A stretch of DNA of 54,059 nt, from the IMG/VR virus record IMGVR_UViG_3300030107_001798, positions 1 to 54,059 of that record. One strand, written 5' to 3'. The notes under the pieces were generated by a model that was given only the letters and a program-made list of their open reading frames with translations, ran no database searches and had not been told where the DNA came from. This document shows positions 18,801 to 28,325 of the stretch, in pieces. The DNA is from a virus. Taxonomy: Duplodnaviria; Caudoviricetes. Numbering within the stretch: the stretch's first letter is position 1; each line of letters opens with the position of its first letter. The position numbers and the translations under genes were made by a program.

Positions 18801-21800
18801 TAAATTACCTAAACTAATATCTATATCAAGATTAACACCAAAATCTTCTTTTAATTCTTTAAATATTTCTTCTGGTGTATATACTTTTGAATCTTCGACA
18901 ATTCTTAATTCATACCCCTTGCTAATTAAAGCAGCTACTTTCATATCAGCTTCAAAAGCAGGAAGCATTACTTCTCCCCTACTTTTCATAACTCCATCAT
19001 TGTCTACTAATGTTGCTCTTAATCTGGCATCTGGATGAGAAAGTGCAATAGGAGCCTGTATTAAAGAAGATTGACCTCCGTATCTTTCTGAATCTTCATG
19101 ATTAAATTGATTACTAACAGACCTTTTATTATTAATAAGTGGGTCTATATACGCACCATATATTTTATTTTTAACTATATTTTCACTATAGCTCATTGGA
19201 TTTGCATCTCTAGTAAGCCCAGCAAAAAAATTCATTCCATTTAAATGATTTAGTGATTCGGTTCCATCTACCATAGAAACAAGAGCGTCATCTCCAAATT
19301 GATTTCTTATCCATTTTCTCGTTGAGATAGGGTCTTTAATTTGTTGTTGAGCGTTTCTAAGGGACTCCGATAAAGGCCTTTCTATTTCATCTGCAAAATA
19401 CTTAGCAGATTCATCGTTATTTGCATAATTCATATCTGCGTGAGACCTTTTACCAGTCGGAAGAATAACATCTTTTTCAGGCTTAACTCCAATAGATTGA
19501 AGGCTTATTCTTCTTAATTGTTTTGTATTTGTTTTGTATTTGTTTAAGTCTTTCCATTCAGCGTCATCTATCATAGAACCTTCAATTAGGTTCATTGCTT
19601 TAGCTCCACTTGCAGATAATATAACATCTACATTTTTATTTTCTCTTTTTCCAAAAAAACCATCTAAATCTTTTGAGTAAACAAATAAAGTTTTACCCAT
19701 TAGCAATGGAGAATCTATTCCACCAGAAGCAATAACTGGTTTAATTGGATTAGTAGAATCTGGGCTATGCCCCATCATAGTGTGAAGATATTTCATCATA
19801 TCTTTACTTATATATGCTATACTATCAAAAGAAGATACATCTTTATGAGCATCTCCTATAATATTATCAAGGTCAATATCTATATTATTATCTTTTATAT
19901 ATTTATTAACTTCTTCTCTTACATCTGCATTTTTATCGTTCCAAACTACAACTCCAAATTCACCTCTTCTTAATCTATTTCTTAATACTTCTGCAGTTTC
20001 TTTATCTCCAATAGCTCTATAAGAATCAGCGACGTCTAATATAAATTCTTTATCATATGTAACGAATTTTTTTGTATCGTATAACTTTGTTCTTCCAAAT
20101 AATTTTTCAGTATTTAATTTGCCATTCATAAAATCAGCAAACAAAGCATCTCCATCGCTACCAACTAACATATCAGACAACATTAATCTTCTTAAAGCAG
20201 CTATATAATCCACCTCTGAGGCAAGTCTTTTATTGTCATCAGCTTCTTTTAAAGATTTTTGTATATCTTCAATTATATTTTTTTGTCTTTGGTTTAAAGG
20301 GCTTTCTTCTGATGTGTATAAATCTGCAAATTCATCAAACTTTGCTTTTATTTTTGGAAGGTCTGCATTTTTAATCGCTATAGGGCTAAGATTAGGAGCT
20401 AACCTCATAACAGCCATTCCTCTTTCACCGTTCTCACCAGTTAAATATTCACCATCTATTTGTTGAGCAAATCCCATTTCAGCATTAAACTCGTCTCTCA
20501 GTTTGTCTATTATTTTTATTTGCTTTTCTGGTAAATTATTATTTTTACCAAAAATATTTATTCTTCTTCTTTGTACTCTCCTACCATCATCATTATAAAT
20601 GTATTGTGTTATATATGGGTCTATATTCATGTATTTAATGTCAAGACCATCAAACAAAATATCCATTCTAGTGGTTTGTTTTACTTCTTTACCCTTTGTT
20701 AATCTTCCATTTTTCCATTCTACAGTTTCAACTTTTGCTTGATTTAATCTTCCACCTACTAATCCAATAAAATCAGCAATCATAGAAGGTTTCATTATAT
20801 TTTTTCTTGACTTAGGTAAATCTGAAAACTTTACCCAATCTGTTTTAGCTAAATTTTTAACATACAATCTATCAAATATTCCATCTAAGGATTCTACTTT
20901 TGTAACTTTCCTACCTTCCCAATCATCAAATATTAATTGATTAAACACTTCTTCTTGTTTTTTAGGTTCTGTTTGTTTTTTACCATCTATTCTATATCTA
21001 TCAAAAAATTCTTGAAGAGTAATTGTTTTTACATAATCACCCTCACCAGAATCAAGCATTTCTCTGTCTCTTGAATTCTTTTCTAATGTTTCATATATTC
21101 TTTCAGCATATTCTGGAGTGACCCCATATTGATTAATTTTTTTTGTCATTTTTAAAGCAACAATATCATTAAATTGCTCTAAGTTTATTTCAAATTTAGT
21201 TTCATTTTCTTTAAGACTTATTACTTCAAACTCATTTAACCATTTAAGCATTCTTGTTTCAGATTCAGGCCCACCTTCTTCTAATAATCTTCCTATTTGG
21301 TCTTGAAGCTTAGCAGAGCCAGGAATATTAGATTCTCCTAGAATATTTACAAACTCCATTAATGTTGCTTTAGCAGAGTTGCCAAAATTAGGGTCAGAAC
21401 CAAAAGGAAGTCCTTTATTTGGTTTTAAAGAGTCACTCATTATTTTTAACATTTCCATATCTGTAACCATAACTTTATCAGCAGATAAAGAAACTAATCC
21501 TTTGGAATTTTTTTGGATTTCCCTAACTCTTGAATTGTATTCTACAATATCAGATTCAGAAACACCACTTACCAATTCAGAGCCTTCATTTAATATTTTT
21601 TCATCTATTAATTTTAAAGTAAAACCAGATGTTTTTTTACCAGTCACGTCAACACCAACTGAAGCCATACCTAATCCAGATAAAGCCATTATCCCATCGA
21701 CATCACCTATAGTAAGGTCTGTTCCCTCAATCTTATCCCTAATAGCAAAATCAACAATGTGTTTATGCATCCACATGGGCATTTTAGATTCATTATAACC

Positions 21801-24530
21801 CAATTCATTAAGTTTATTTCTTAATATGTCAATTTTAGAACCATCTACAGTTACATTAGTATTAGTTCTATCATAATTACCAGTTATGGATTGTATAGAA
21901 AGAACTCTTCCTAAGAATCTTTTTCTTTCAGCATCTTTTTCTGGGTCTCCAGAATCTTTTATTCTAATTTGGTCTACACTTTCAACAAGTAATGGACTTG
22001 CTAACCCTTTTTCATAACTCATTAAACCAGAATTTTCAAGGTGCCTAATTAATTCATTTCTTTCACCAAACTCTGGTTTAAATATATCAGTAATTCCTCG
22101 AGCAGTTCTTATAGCATGATTTCTTAAAACAACAAACCTATAGTCATTAAAATTATCTGCAAATCCAAATTTAGAAGACATAGAACTATTATCTGGAAAC
22201 ATTCTATCCATTTGACTTTCTTCAAAAGATATACGTTCATGTATTTTCTTTATGCTACTTAATTCTTTTAATATAACTGTATTTTTATCTGGAGCTTCAT
22301 TTGTTTTTACTTGAGCAAGTTCTTCTGATATATATATAATTGAATTTAATCCATCAACGCTTCTATATAGAGCATTAACAGCTTCTTGACCTTCTAGTCC
22401 CAACCAATCTATTTTACCTTCTCTAGCTAATTTAATTATTTCTTCGTCTATTGTAACATGTTGAGGAACTTTTAATTTAGAAACCTTACCATCTGCTTCT
22501 TCAATAATGCCAAGTTCTTCTATATTTTTTACTGATGAAATTATATTTGGAAAATTTTGTTCAAATTCTTCTGTCATTTTCAATGATTGCGTGTCAAGCA
22601 TTTTTTCAACGGAATTAATATTGTCTAGATTAACATCTGGATTTATTTTATTAAAAGCATCTACAATTTTTTTAGCTGATTCTGTTGATATGCCGTCAAG
22701 GGGTTTTTGATATGCTCTCATTCCCCTTAACCATCCATATATTTGTTCAAACGACCTACTTTTATTTTGTGGTAATCCAACACTTAATTCGGTATCTGGA
22801 AGAGGAGTATCCACCGCTACATAATCATCCGATATAACTCCTTCGGATATAGCAGTGTCAATAACGTCTAAATTTATTTTATCATGAAGAGGATTTCTAA
22901 ATCGATTTTCAGGTTGCATCAATGAAGGTATTTGACTTAATTGGTCAGGTTTAAATCCTAATAATGCAAGATTTTCCCTTATTTGTATCATTTTATTATC
23001 GCTTAAATCAAACTTACTTGGATTTGTTCTTCTTTGTATATAAGCGCCAATTAAAAAATGTGGAAGTATATCATTAGCAAAATCCATATCCATATCATTT
23101 GCATACATCTGATAAAATGATTGAGAATTAAATAATAAACCGCCTAACATCATTCTAGGCCATACTTTAAAAACATTCTGGGCTTCTTCTTTCGTTGCCC
23201 ATTTCATTATTTCTCTTCCCCATTTTTTTCTTTGACCTTCAAGAAAAGACCTCATAGCCCCAGCTGCATCATCCTTTCCAAATTTCTTTTGAAACTCAGA
23301 AAGAGTTCTTGATGAACCAAATTCAGCTCCCACATAATCACCCATAGAATCTAATCTAACATCTTTAGTTTTTCCCTTATATGTAATTTTAACTGTGGCG
23401 TCTTCTCCATTATTTTTTAAAGATTGTCCTATATATCTAGAGACACTTGCTAATTCACGTTCTCCCAGTTTCGTATATGGACTTTTACCAGTAAAAGCTG
23501 CTTTTGCTCCAATTTTAAAATCTTTAAACCAAGAAGATGCTTTACCTCTTGGGTTTAAGAAAGATAAAGATGAGAAAGCTATACCATTAGCAACTCCCCA
23601 CAATGGAGCTGTCCAATCATATTCATGGTCTTCTATTGTACTTACACCTTCAAATACTGCATCTATCATTGAAAAAACCATTACATCATTAGCTGCGTGA
23701 CCAGCGAATCTTGCTAATTTTGTATCACCCCACCTAGCCATTGCCAATCCTTGAAAATCTTGGATAGGTCTTTTAAAAACATTAAAACCACCAGCTACGT
23801 CATCAGCTAAAAACATATTCCTAATAGCATCAGCTTCATCTTTATTTTTAATAATTCCGTTTTTTATACCCAATTCAATGTATTCATCTCTATATCTAGC
23901 AACCGCTTCACCAAATTTTTCACCTTGTAAAGTTTTATCTATTTGAGCTTCTTGAACAAGCCTTTTATATCCAGAAGTAGTTTGATTTATTGCTTTCCTG
24001 CTTAGACCTCCAGCTTCACCAGCTTCCCTCATTCCTTTTATTACAGTAGAAGCTCCTTGTTTTTGAACAAACTTAGGGGCTAAAGCTGATGCAACTTTCT
24101 GACTTGCTTTTAATCCTATTTTCATAGGAGCTCCACCAACAAACCCTGCAAATCCACCAACTGCTCCAAGCCATTTTGCTAATGGGTCTTCAAAATCTAG
24201 GTATTCTTCTTCCTCTACAAAAGCACCTGGTAATCCGAATAAAGCGCTATCAGTAAAAGACCACAATCCAACTCCCAAAGCATTTGCTAAACTAGTATCA
24301 GATGATTGTTTAGTATCAGATTCAAACCAATCTGGCAACGCACTTTCGCCAACTGAAGAAAGCATATTTTGTTCGGGTTGGTTAATATTTTGCGTTGGTA
24401 AATTTGATGTTAAAGCAGGTGATTGTGAAAAGTTATATTTATCTAAAACTTTTGAAATTTCATCAGAACTAACAGATTTTCCTCTTCTGGCTAATTCTTG
24501 TTGAATTTGTAATGTAAGATTGTCAGCCAC
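15864..24530 (-). CDS. 2888-aa internal virion protein with a two-barrel RNA polymerase core (putative virion RNAP)
   Basis: IIVRRNPRTRPND (~aa 1930-1942) followed by FEGDYDADK (D1974/D1976/D1978, nt 18597-18611); upstream FDSIAYIS, IKPV, GKTLF and SGAK. Confidence 0.8.
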   Translation of the reverse strand: MADNLTLQIQQELARRGKSVSSDEISKVLDKYNFSQSPALTSNLPTQNINQPEQNMLSSVGESALPDWFESDTKQSSDTSLANALGVGLWSFTDSALFGLPGAFVEEEEYLDFEDPLAKWLGAVGGFAGFVGGAPMKIGLKASQKVASALAPKFVQKQGASTVIKGMREAGEAGGLSRKAINQTTSGYKRLVQEAQIDKTLQGEKFGEAVARYRDEYIELGIKNGIIKNKDEADAIRNMFLADDVAGGFNVFKRPIQDFQGLAMARWGDTKLARFAGHAANDVMVFSMIDAVFEGVSTIEDHEYDWTAPLWGVANGIAFSSLSFLNPRGKASSWFKDFKIGAKAAFTGKSPYTKLGERELASVSRYIGQSLKNNGEDATVKITYKGKTKDVRLDSMGDYVGAEFGSSRTLSEFQKKFGKDDAAGAMRSFLEGQRKKWGREIMKWATKEEAQNVFKVWPRMMLGGLLFNSQSFYQMYANDMDMDFANDILPHFLIGAYIQRRTNPSKFDLSDNKMIQIRENLALLGFKPDQLSQIPSLMQPENRFRNPLHDKINLDVIDTAISEGVISDDYVAVDTPLPDTELSVGLPQNKSRSFEQIYGWLRGMRAYQKPLDGISTESAKKIVDAFNKINPDVNLDNINSVEKMLDTQSLKMTEEFEQNFPNIISSVKNIEELGIIEEADGKVSKLKVPQHVTIDEEIIKLAREGKIDWLGLEGQEAVNALYRSVDGLNSIIYISEELAQVKTNEAPDKNTVILKELSSIKKIHERISFEESQMDRMFPDNSSMSSKFGFADNFNDYRFVVLRNHAIRTARGITDIFKPEFGERNELIRHLENSGLMSYEKGLASPLLVESVDQIRIKDSGDPEKDAERKRFLGRVLSIQSITGNYDRTNTNVTVDGSKIDILRNKLNELGYNESKMPMWMHKHIVDFAIRDKIEGTDLTIGDVDGIMALSGLGMASVGVDVTGKKTSGFTLKLIDEKILNEGSELVSGVSESDIVEYNSRVREIQKNSKGLVSLSADKVMVTDMEMLKIMSDSLKPNKGLPFGSDPNFGNSAKATLMEFVNILGESNIPGSAKLQDQIGRLLEEGGPESETRMLKWLNEFEVISLKENETKFEINLEQFNDIVALKMTKKINQYGVTPEYAERIYETLEKNSRDREMLDSGEGDYVKTITLQEFFDRYRIDGKKQTEPKKQEEVFNQLIFDDWEGRKVTKVESLDGIFDRLYVKNLAKTDWVKFSDLPKSRKNIMKPSMIADFIGLVGGRLNQAKVETVEWKNGRLTKGKEVKQTTRMDILFDGLDIKYMNIDPYITQYIYNDDGRRVQRRRINIFGKNNNLPEKQIKIIDKLRDEFNAEMGFAQQIDGEYLTGENGERGMAVMRLAPNLSPIAIKNADLPKIKAKFDEFADLYTSEESPLNQRQKNIIEDIQKSLKEADDNKRLASEVDYIAALRRLMLSDMLVGSDGDALFADFMNGKLNTEKLFGRTKLYDTKKFVTYDKEFILDVADSYRAIGDKETAEVLRNRLRRGEFGVVVWNDKNADVREEVNKYIKDNNIDIDLDNIIGDAHKDVSSFDSIAYISKDMMKYLHTMMGHSPDSTNPIKPVIASGGIDSPLLMGKTLFVYSKDLDGFFGKRENKNVDVILSASGAKAMNLIEGSMIDDAEWKDLNKYKTNTKQLRRISLQSIGVKPEKDVILPTGKRSHADMNYANNDESAKYFADEIERPLSESLRNAQQQIKDPISTRKWIRNQFGDDALVSMVDGTESLNHLNGMNFFAGLTRDANPMSYSENIVKNKIYGAYIDPLINNKRSVSNQFNHEDSERYGGQSSLIQAPIALSHPDARLRATLVDNDGVMKSRGEVMLPAFEADMKVAALISKGYELRIVEDSKVYTPEEIFKELKEDFGVNLDIDISLGNLHELVQTLGVENNRPNLQVGIIVRRNPRTRPNDLTLMGLKGFLDETYGNSMMVNSLDVVNVFEGDYDADKADYFFAERKNMYDHIQRTSQFWVQGVDPTALMKTSGFNWNQNTTMENDKVEEMSAALELYKSSIGLVQKVPRMLNYLGNLGQSVAVDSKTGKAVDISMEGEENSKILYEGPGYKIVMDYDNTDFYQRSALETQYIIDGKGDLNKEISNDIYSWRDDFLFPNWDNSKSSKDLREMNVSDKIGFTNQVAKKGEADNGQRVRIFRKLTKTDDGTFKEIDDLSPLDMSIVKEMLSEYGKLLQVTGDSVYEKSGEQKKTSYEDVMEASNRFFQFNQNLRKSLYYRLRNKYQNYAEDKDGNITNKDKWKDSNEFISLFGVEDRVSDDGKIKWKVTNNDKMFPNAVERQSRGFAEGKRGSPIERTLWKLWDANLFEETRVETLTGKAREYLNDWYDEFVFDNRMENKELDTSSRILKSNVLKTTWDINKKIDLIKSLNKKVMQIKYNKRMTWQKKQLAIDKINNLKEELHKELGKEWLGEKYLETWSSKDLQKIEFVDVNTSNMKKGTVYYSTMEQIKKFMPLINGDDSFGLGQKAWQEINDIKQYRKLFYGSQNNLGEIMKYGGRQSLSPEQQRFLERFPDMNTYQDIESALLLRGVNKHGLKFLWAFMQPSVNKHKIGVFNGNPIAVPFEAKEGYDPSSRYRRGLNFLTQLASRKEMRLFGEDVIDPEVQSLAQTALAYIQVTEAQFQRFFDRKFDMQKLVSDNLGDAFTFGATGQEKLIYDAIKLPTFHKDFEKRFGDFGTIQWTKTGDRIKNGFGLFNDHLFSFYKDIMEASGKSKEFDTYIDQMSNLQELMMSNNILNPVSYLHARNSMDADIRDIAQKTIGLGLKQGNLKPELTTKLMNNPVYALMGGSSYFKNLNLEKSGKQGMDSLKEMYKRSKSVENVKNNLPIDESSEERLRRMKDELIELEKCAV

Positions 24531-24532
24531 TC

Positions 24533-25798
24533 TTATGGAGATAATAGGTTTCGTTGTCTTTCAAGCTCTCTTATTGCTTGTTTTACTTTAACAATTTGCT
24601 CAGATTTACTTCCTCTTAATTGAGAATATATATTAGAACCGGGGTTAGCTGCCCTTTCACCATACCAGCTTAATCTTTTATATGCTCTATTTTCAAAAGA
24701 TGGAGAACCTGGCTCTGAATATCTTTCGTCTAATTGATTTTCCAATGAATTAAAGTTTTTTGAAGCTTCCAATATTTTTTTTGCATCTCCAATTTTTCTA
24801 AAATATTTCAATCTCTTAAGAGCTATTTCTCTATCTTCTTGAATTTCTTCATAATTATCTAAAATTTCTTGCCTTTCTTTCACTAAAGAATCTAAAGATT
24901 CTTGTAAATTTAATTGTTTTTGTGTGAGAAAAGATAACTTACCCCCAAGCTCTTCTCTTTCTTTTTCAGTTAAAACATCTTTTGAATCTTCTAAAATTTC
25001 TTCAACTGGTTTTGGGTCATATCCTTTTTTATAAATTCTTTCTCCGCTAATTTCTGCAGTTGGTTCTTCAGTTTCTTTTTCAATTAAATCAGCAATAGAA
25101 TTAATATCAGGTTTTAATTCTTTATCTTTTTGAGATTGAAATTCTTTAGCAACATCTTTGGAAAACATTCCAAAACCGCTTTGTATTTTTGTATCACCTC
25201 TAGCAAATTGAAATTGCTCTTTTAATATATCAGATTGATTTTGTAATGATTGCTTAGCTTGTTTACCAACTTGCCTCAACATTGATAAATTAGAAATTTT
25301 ATTAAAAGCGCCTAATAAATTTTTATCAGAATCGGTTCCTTTATAACCAGGTGCGTACATAGACTCAACTTTATTTGCAAGATTAACAATAGATGACGGG
25401 TCTTGAGTATTTTTATACTCCCACAATGCAGAAGCAATATCATTAGCATTTGCATCATTAAATTTTGCTTTAACGCCACCTATTTTATTTGATTTTAAAA
25501 TACTAACAACGGAAGCTAACTCATCTTGAGCTTCATCAGCATCTTTTATACCAGTAGGTACTATGTTAAGGACAGATTGTAATCCAGAATTTTTTATAAA
25601 ATTATTTGCTACGTTTAATTGAAGTTGCTTATTGGCGTTTCCAAGAACTTCCATTTGAATGCCAAATTCTTTAACTTGTGCAGCTCTTTTTTGCATACCA
25701 AATTGCATAAAAGCAAGAGCTTCTTGAACATCAGCCCTTTTACTTTGAATATTGTAATCTATTAATCTTTCTAATGCTTGTAATGCGTTTTGAGCCAT
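24533..25798 (-). CDS. Internal virion protein (coiled coil)
   Basis: Position between tail genes and the giant gene; helical composition. Confidence 0.6.
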   Translation of the reverse strand: MAQNALQALERLIDYNIQSKRADVQEALAFMQFGMQKRAAQVKEFGIQMEVLGNANKQLQLNVANNFIKNSGLQSVLNIVPTGIKDADEAQDELASVVSILKSNKIGGVKAKFNDANANDIASALWEYKNTQDPSSIVNLANKVESMYAPGYKGTDSDKNLLGAFNKISNLSMLRQVGKQAKQSLQNQSDILKEQFQFARGDTKIQSGFGMFSKDVAKEFQSQKDKELKPDINSIADLIEKETEEPTAEISGERIYKKGYDPKPVEEILEDSKDVLTEKEREELGGKLSFLTQKQLNLQESLDSLVKERQEILDNYEEIQEDREIALKRLKYFRKIGDAKKILEASKNFNSLENQLDERYSEPGSPSFENRAYKRLSWYGERAANPGSNIYSQLRGSKSEQIVKVKQAIRELERQRNLLSP

Positions 25799-26530
25799 TT
25801 AGAATATTCCTAAAAATTTTCTTTTTGATTGAGTTTTTGCAAGCTTTCTTTCAGATTCTAATCTATCTCTTTCAGCTTTTATTCTTGATTTTTCTTCTTC
25901 ATACATTCCACTAATCTCGCCTAAAGCTTTCCCATATTGACCCATCATTCCTTCTTCTGCATAATCAAAAGATTCTCTTATGTCTGAAGTTGCCTCGTCT
26001 TGAATTTCTTCTACCTGACCAGAATAAGCAAATCCAGTCTTACTAGATACTTTTTCAGTTTGCTCTAAAACAGATTGTAATTTTTTACCTGTAACTTCAG
26101 ATACTTGACCAAGCTCCCTTTCAGCTTCTTGAGTAATTAATTGTCTTTGAGCTCCTACTGATTCAGCTAATTTTACTTCAGATTCATCTAGAGCTGTTTT
26201 TTGCTTATCAATTAGTTTCATTTGGTCTCTAGCTTGGTCTCTTTGGGATTTAGTTCCTTTATATCCTTGATATAACGATAAACCAGCTTGTACTCCCATT
26301 AAAGCTAATTGAACCCATTTTTCTTCTTTTCCAGTAATTGGATTAATAGTTCCAGAGCCAATTAAATCAACTAACTTTTCACCACGCTGTCCATACATAT
26401 CCATTAATGATTTTTCTTGAGGATTAACATGCCAAAGTTCACCTTTACCGGGCCCTGTTTTTGTTGTTCGATACATTTCAGTATCGCCAAATCTTCCGTA
26501 TTTAGATAAATGTTTTTCTGCTATACTCAT
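25799..26530 (-). CDS. Internal virion/pilot protein; likely start MSIAEK at 26530
   Basis: GRFGDT...HVNPQE...GTINPITG motif, then a hydrophobic Gly/Ala helix and coiled coil. Confidence 0.7.
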   Translation of the reverse strand: MSIAEKHLSKYGRFGDTEMYRTTKTGPGKGELWHVNPQEKSLMDMYGQRGEKLVDLIGSGTINPITGKEEKWVQLALMGVQAGLSLYQGYKGTKSQRDQARDQMKLIDKQKTALDESEVKLAESVGAQRQLITQEAERELGQVSEVTGKKLQSVLEQTEKVSSKTGFAYSGQVEEIQDEATSDIRESFDYAEEGMMGQYGKALGEISGMYEEEKSRIKAERDRLESERKLAKTQSKRKFLGIF

Positions 26531-27078
26531 TATTGTAAAGCTTCCCAAGCTGATTGACTCATATCTCCACCTAAATGAAACTTATTTAACAAATCTTGAT
26601 ACTTGCTCCTATTTTGTAATGCGCTTTCATAAGAAACAATAGAAGCTTCTTCAAACATTGAATCAGTTGACATATCTTCATATTGAAAAAGATTAGACTG
26701 GATAGGAATATTGCGAGCAGAAATAGTAGATTCCCCAAAAGTCGCTTCCCCGACACCAGCTGATAATTTAGCAGTTTCCCAAATTCTTTGACCTTTAGTA
26801 AGTTCTAATCCTTCTTTATTTGTCATATCTCCTTTAACACCTTCTATTGTTTTTATATCACTTGCAGTACCTTGATAAGCGCCATAAGCTTTTGAAGCTA
26901 TATTTATAGCAGTTGATAGAGTGTCTATTTTTTGATTAAATTGATATAATTCTTCTTCTGCTATAAGAGATGAATATTTTTTTTTAGTATCAAAAGAAGC
27001 AACATCATACATACTTCCTTTATATTCGCCTTTTGACCTTCCTGCTGATACTGCTGCTGAGAATAAACTGTCTGCCAT
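26530..27078 (-). CDS. Putative internal virion protein
   Basis: ORF track; position. Confidence 0.6.
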   Translation of the reverse strand: MADSLFSAAVSAGRSKGEYKGSMYDVASFDTKKKYSSLIAEEELYQFNQKIDTLSTAINIASKAYGAYQGTASDIKTIEGVKGDMTNKEGLELTKGQRIWETAKLSAGVGEATFGESTISARNIPIQSNLFQYEDMSTDSMFEEASIVSYESALQNRSKYQDLLNKFHLGGDMSQSAWEALQ

Positions 27079-27101
27079 AATATTATATACTTTTACTATT
27101 T

Positions 27102-27130
27102 AATTTAATTAACATATGTTTTCTATCCAA
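27102..27130 (-). promoter_or_regulatory. Putative promoter for the internal virion protein genes
   Basis: Minus strand TTGGAT-N17-TAAATT; palindrome AACATATGTT 27111-27120 in the spacer. Confidence 0.55.
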
Positions 27131-27135
27131 TAACA

Positions 27136-28323
27136 TTATGATGTGTGAGCGCTTTCCGAAACATCAAAGCTTGCAGTCTCTCCAAATGGTTGAAATGAAA
27201 CATTTATTTGAGGTTTTATGTTTGAAGCGTCAGAATTATTAGTTTGTTGAGTAGCTCCGCTAGAAGCTTGATAATTACTACCACGGAGTCCAATATCAAT
27301 AACCAAATCCCAAAAAGTAGTAACATGAGCTGAGTTTGAACTATTTATTGAATATATTTTTCTATAATCAGCATGGCCTGGTAATTGATTATTAGAATGG
27401 CTATCAAAAACTAAACGATGTTTCCCATAAATCTTAATTGTATCTACAGGCGAATAATATGTATTACCATCTGCAGCGCTTATAGTCCCATCCGCATCTT
27501 GAGTCTCACCAGCTGATGTAGCTGCTCCTGTTGAAATTTTTTCAAAACCAGAACCACCATGCCCTAACTGAGCATATGATTCCATCCCTAAATCAGTGCC
27601 TAAAGTATCTTTATCATCATATATACCATTAGACAAAACATATTCATTAGTAACACCGGCTGCAGTAGCGGTATTAAAAGTTGGATTGTTTATACCAGAT
27701 GTCATAACATATGTTTGTCGATGTATAGGTCTACTTTTCCAAAAATTAGGTCTACTAGATTGATATAACCCATGACCAGAGGCATTATTAATTCTTGATA
27801 ACAAATGATATTTTACAAAATGAGAACAATAATCACCATATGGATTAGCACCAGAATTATCATTTAAAGTTTTCCAAGTAGCGGTTGCATCACTTCCAAC
27901 AGAAGTGCTTGTGTCATCTTCCCATTTTCCACCACTAGTTGCAAAGTTTCCTGCTTGTAGCTCAGATAATGTATCATAAGTGGTAGTGGGACTACTTGGC
28001 TGAGCAATACCACCACTTAAACTCATTCCGCCAGCAACATGAAAAACAAAACAATCATAATCTGCAAAACTATGTTTCATTCCCTCACGGCCCCTATCTT
28101 GAAAGGATGTAAATGCACTGCCGTTTTCAGAAAAAGAATTTGAATATTTAATTTCATTTGCAACTGTATGGTCGTTGCATTGTTGTATAAAATCATCTTG
28201 ATTATCATTGTCTTCATGATTAATAACATTAACATACAATAATCCAGATATTAATCTTCTATCTGGTATTTTTATATACCTAAGTTCTTTAAAAACTCTT
28301 TGGTTGTTTGTGTTAGAGGCCAT
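27136..28323 (-). CDS. Putative tail-associated protein
   Basis: Ser/Thr/Gly/Asn-rich; lies in the tail module. Confidence 0.55.
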   Translation of the reverse strand: MASNTNNQRVFKELRYIKIPDRRLISGLLYVNVINHEDNDNQDDFIQQCNDHTVANEIKYSNSFSENGSAFTSFQDRGREGMKHSFADYDCFVFHVAGGMSLSGGIAQPSSPTTTYDTLSELQAGNFATSGGKWEDDTSTSVGSDATATWKTLNDNSGANPYGDYCSHFVKYHLLSRINNASGHGLYQSSRPNFWKSRPIHRQTYVMTSGINNPTFNTATAAGVTNEYVLSNGIYDDKDTLGTDLGMESYAQLGHGGSGFEKISTGAATSAGETQDADGTISAADGNTYYSPVDTIKIYGKHRLVFDSHSNNQLPGHADYRKIYSINSSNSAHVTTFWDLVIDIGLRGSNYQASSGATQQTNNSDASNIKPQINVSFQPFGETASFDVSESAHTS

Positions 28324-28325
28324 AA

